DNA of 64,000 nt from the human T2T-CHM13v2.0 reference genome, Homo sapiens. The notes beneath the pieces were generated by a model, which saw nothing but the letters and a program-made list of their open reading frames with translations, was not told the DNA's origin and ran no database searches. Location of the stretch: the NCBI RefSeq assembly GCF_009914755.1, contig NC_060928.1; one strand, 5' to 3'. Shown here one piece after another: positions 61,554 through 64,000 of this stretch (within the stretch, counting starts at the first letter, position 1; each line of letters starts with the position of its first letter). Both the position numbers and the translations under genes were made by a program.

Positions 61554-64000
61554 GGATTTCGTTGGAAGCGGGATTACATATAAAATCTAGAGAGAAGCAT
61601 TCTCAGGAACTTCTTTGTGATGTTTGCATTGAAGTCACAGAATTGAACATTCACTTTGATAGAGCAGGTTTGAAACACTCATTCTGTAGTATCTGGAAGT
61701 GGACATTTCAAGCGCTTTCAGGCCTATGGTGAAAAAGGAAATATCTTCGAATAAAAACTAGACAGAAGCATCCTCAGAAACTTATTTGTGATGTGTGTCC
61801 TCAACTAACAGAGTTGAAACTTTGTTTTGATACAGCATTTTGGAAACACTCCTTTTGTAGAATCTGCAGGTGGATATGTGGATAGCTCTGAAGATTTCGT
61901 TGGAAACGGGAATTTCTTCATATAAAATCAAACAGAAGCATTCTCAGAAACTTCTCAGTGATGTTTGCATTCAGCTCATGGAGTTGAACACTTCCTTTCA
62001 TAGAGCCGGTTTGAAACACTCTTTCTGCACTACCTGGAAGAGGCCATTTCGAGCGCTTTGAGTCCTATGTTGAAAAAGGAAATATCTTCTCATAAAAACC
62101 AGAAAGAAGCATTCTCAGAAACTTCTTTGTGTTGTGTGTACTCATGTAACAGTGTTGAACCATCCTTTTGACAGAGCAGTTTTGAAACACTCTTTTTGTA
62201 GAATCTGCAAGTGGATATTTGGATAGCTTTGAGGATTTCGTTGGAAACGGGATGACATATAATATCTAGAGAGAAGCATTCTCAGGAACTTCTTTGTGCT
62301 GTTTGCATTCAAGTCACAGAATTGAACATTCCCTTTCATAGAGCAGATTTGAAACACTCTTTCTCTAGTATCTGGAAGTGGGCATTTCAAGCGCTTTCAG
62401 GCCTATTGAGAGAAAGGAAATACCTTCAAATAAAAACTAGACAGAAGCATTCTCAGAAACTTATTTGTGATGTGTGTCCTCAACTAACAGAGTTGAACCT
62501 TTGTTTTGATACAGCATTTTGGAAACACTCCTTTTGTAGAATCTGCAGGTGGATATTTGGATAGCTTTGAAGATTTCGTTGGAAACCGGAATATCTTCAT
62601 ATAAAATCAAGACAGAAGCATTCTCGGAAACATCTCTGTGATGTTTGCATTCAACTCAGTAGAGTTGAACACTTCCTTTCATAGAGCCGGTTTGAAACAC
62701 TCTTTCTGCACTACCTGGAAGCGGACATTTCGAGCGTTTTGAGGCCTATGGTGAAAAAGGAAATATCTTCTCATAAAAACCAGAAAGAAGCATTCTCAGA
62801 AACTTCTTTGTGTTGTGTGTACTCAAGTAACAGTGTTGAACCTTCCTTTTGACACAGCAGTTTTGAAACACTCTTTTGGTAGAATCTGCAAGTGGATATT
62901 TGGATAGCTTTGAGGATTTCGTTGGAAACGGGTTATCTTCATATAAAATCCAGACAGGAGCATTCTCAGAAACTTCTTTGTGCTGCATGTCCTCAATTCA
63001 CAGAGCTGAACCTTTGTTTGGATACAGCATTTTGGAAACATTCCTTTAGTAGAATCTGCAAGTTGATATTTAGATAGCTTTGAAGATTTCGTTGGAAACG
63101 GGAATATCTTCATAGAAAATCTAGACGGAAGCATTCTCAGAAACTGCTTTGTGATGTTTGCATTCAAGTCACAGAGTTGAATATTCCCTTTTATAGAGTA
63201 GGTTTGAAACACTCTTTCGGCACTACCTGGAAGTGGATATTTCGAGCTCTTTGAGGCCTATGGTTAAAAGGAAATATCTTCCCATAAAAACTAGACAGAA
63301 GCCGTCTCAGAAACTTGTTTGTGATGTGTGTATTCAACTAACAGAGTTGAACATTTCTGTTACAGAGCAATTTTAAAACACTCTTTTTGTGGAATCTGAA
63401 AGTGGATAATTGGATAGCTTTGTGGATTTCGTTGGAAACGGGATGACGTATAAAATCTAGATTGAAGCATTCTCAGGAACTTCTTTCTGATGTTTGCATT
63501 CAAGTCACAGAATTGAACATTCCTTTTCATAGTGCAGGTTTGAAACACTCTTTCTGTAGTATCTGGAAGTGGACATTTCAAGCGCTTTCAGGCCTACGGG
63601 GAGAAAGGAAATATCTTCAAATAAAAACTAGATAGAAGGATTCTCAGAAACTTATTTGTGATGTGTGTCCTAAACGAACACAGTTGAACCTTTGTTTTGA
63701 TACAGCATTTTGGAAACACTCCTTTTGTAGGATCTGCAGGTTGATATTTGGATAGATTTTAAGATTTCGTTGGAAACGGGAGTTTCTTCATAGAAACTCA
63801 AGACAGATGCTTTCTCAGAAACATCTCTGTGATGTTTGCATTCCACTCATAGATTTGAAAACTTCCTTTCATAGAGCAGGTTTGAAACACTCTTTTTGTA
63901 ATATTTGGAAGTGGACATTTGCAGCGCTTTGAGGCCTATGGTGAAAAAGGAAATATCTTCTCATAAAAACCAGAAACAAGCATTCTCAGAAACTTCTTTT
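61554..64000 (+). repeat. HOR unit with a single-monomer (170-bp) deletion, presumed 18-mer, truncated by the window end
   Basis: ORF spacing 61457->61870 is 413 bp versus 583 bp in canonical units. The sequence then runs in canonical order through m16 and into the AAACAAGCATT monomer. Full length (3062 bp expected) is not visible. Confidence 0.85.

Larger units (their letters stand above)
1..64000 (+). repeat. Centromeric alpha-satellite HOR array, SF2-like dimeric type; most likely human chr4 active array D4Z1 (canonical 19-mer, 3232 bp)
   Basis: Continuous ~167-171-bp monomers with alphoid motifs (CATTCTCAGAAACTT, GAGTTGAAC, TTTGAAACACTCTTT) and either a CENP-B box or a pJalpha/A box at the same position in each monomer. 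The marker and ORF track recur at exact 3232-bp spacing (29417, 32649, 35881, 39113, 42345, 45577). Alpha satellite is certain. The D4Z1 assignment rests on the known 19-mer/3.2-kb size and is about 0.8 confidence. Confidence 0.97.

Noticed and set aside
487-63581. About 190 ORFs of 61-129 aa on both strands (e.g. 1440..1829, 129 aa)
   Set aside because: They recur with HOR periodicity, overlap in conflicting frames, many start at GTG/TTG, and translate to typical alphoid pseudo-peptides (KHSQKLLCDVC, LKHSFC). Their conservation reflects DNA repeat identity, and several are broken by SNPs (30954, 44594). No evidence of coding function.
1-64000. CRISPR-like pattern of short conserved motifs with regular spacing
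   Set aside because: The sequences between motifs are themselves homologous monomers, not unique spacers, and no cas genes are present.
1-64000. Transposon insertion, inversion or boundary with another satellite
   Set aside because: All marker spacings are accounted for by whole monomers to within 2 bp, every box is on the + strand, and I see no poly(A) tail, target-site duplication or foreign sequence.

Overview
The whole 64 kb is one uninterrupted, head-to-tail array of ~170-bp primate alpha-satellite monomers (~376 monomers), all in one orientation, with CENP-B boxes reading TTCGTTGGAARCGGGA on the + strand. I see no genes, transposon insertions, inversions or non-alphoid DNA; every listed ORF is a by-product of the repeat. 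The canonical higher-order repeat (HOR) is a 3232-bp 19-mer with dimeric (SF2-like) CENP-B/pJalpha box alternation, best matching the active human chromosome 4 centromeric array D4Z1 (recognised from size and structure, not from a database search). Using the once-per-unit marker GGATTTCGTTGGAAGCGGGA, units start at 1, 2721, 5441, 8161, 10881, 14113, 17345, 20575, 24995, 29417, 32649, 35881, 39113, 42345, 45577, 48809, 49826, 53057, 54074, 57305, 58322 and 61554. In monomers this reads 16,16,16,16,19,19,19,26,26,19,19,19,19,19,19,6,19,6,19,6,19,18 (last truncated). Monomer labels m1-m19 are my own, counted from the box at position 4. I found no new gene-based system. The interest lies in a readable record of array evolution: four structural HOR variants with mappable junctions, a 19->18->6-mer deletion series inside an alternating two-haplotype super-repeat, a junction window shared by a deletion and a duplication, out-of-register conversion tracts, CpG decay of CENP-B boxes, and higher intact-box density in every structural variant than in the canonical unit. 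All comparisons were made by eye.
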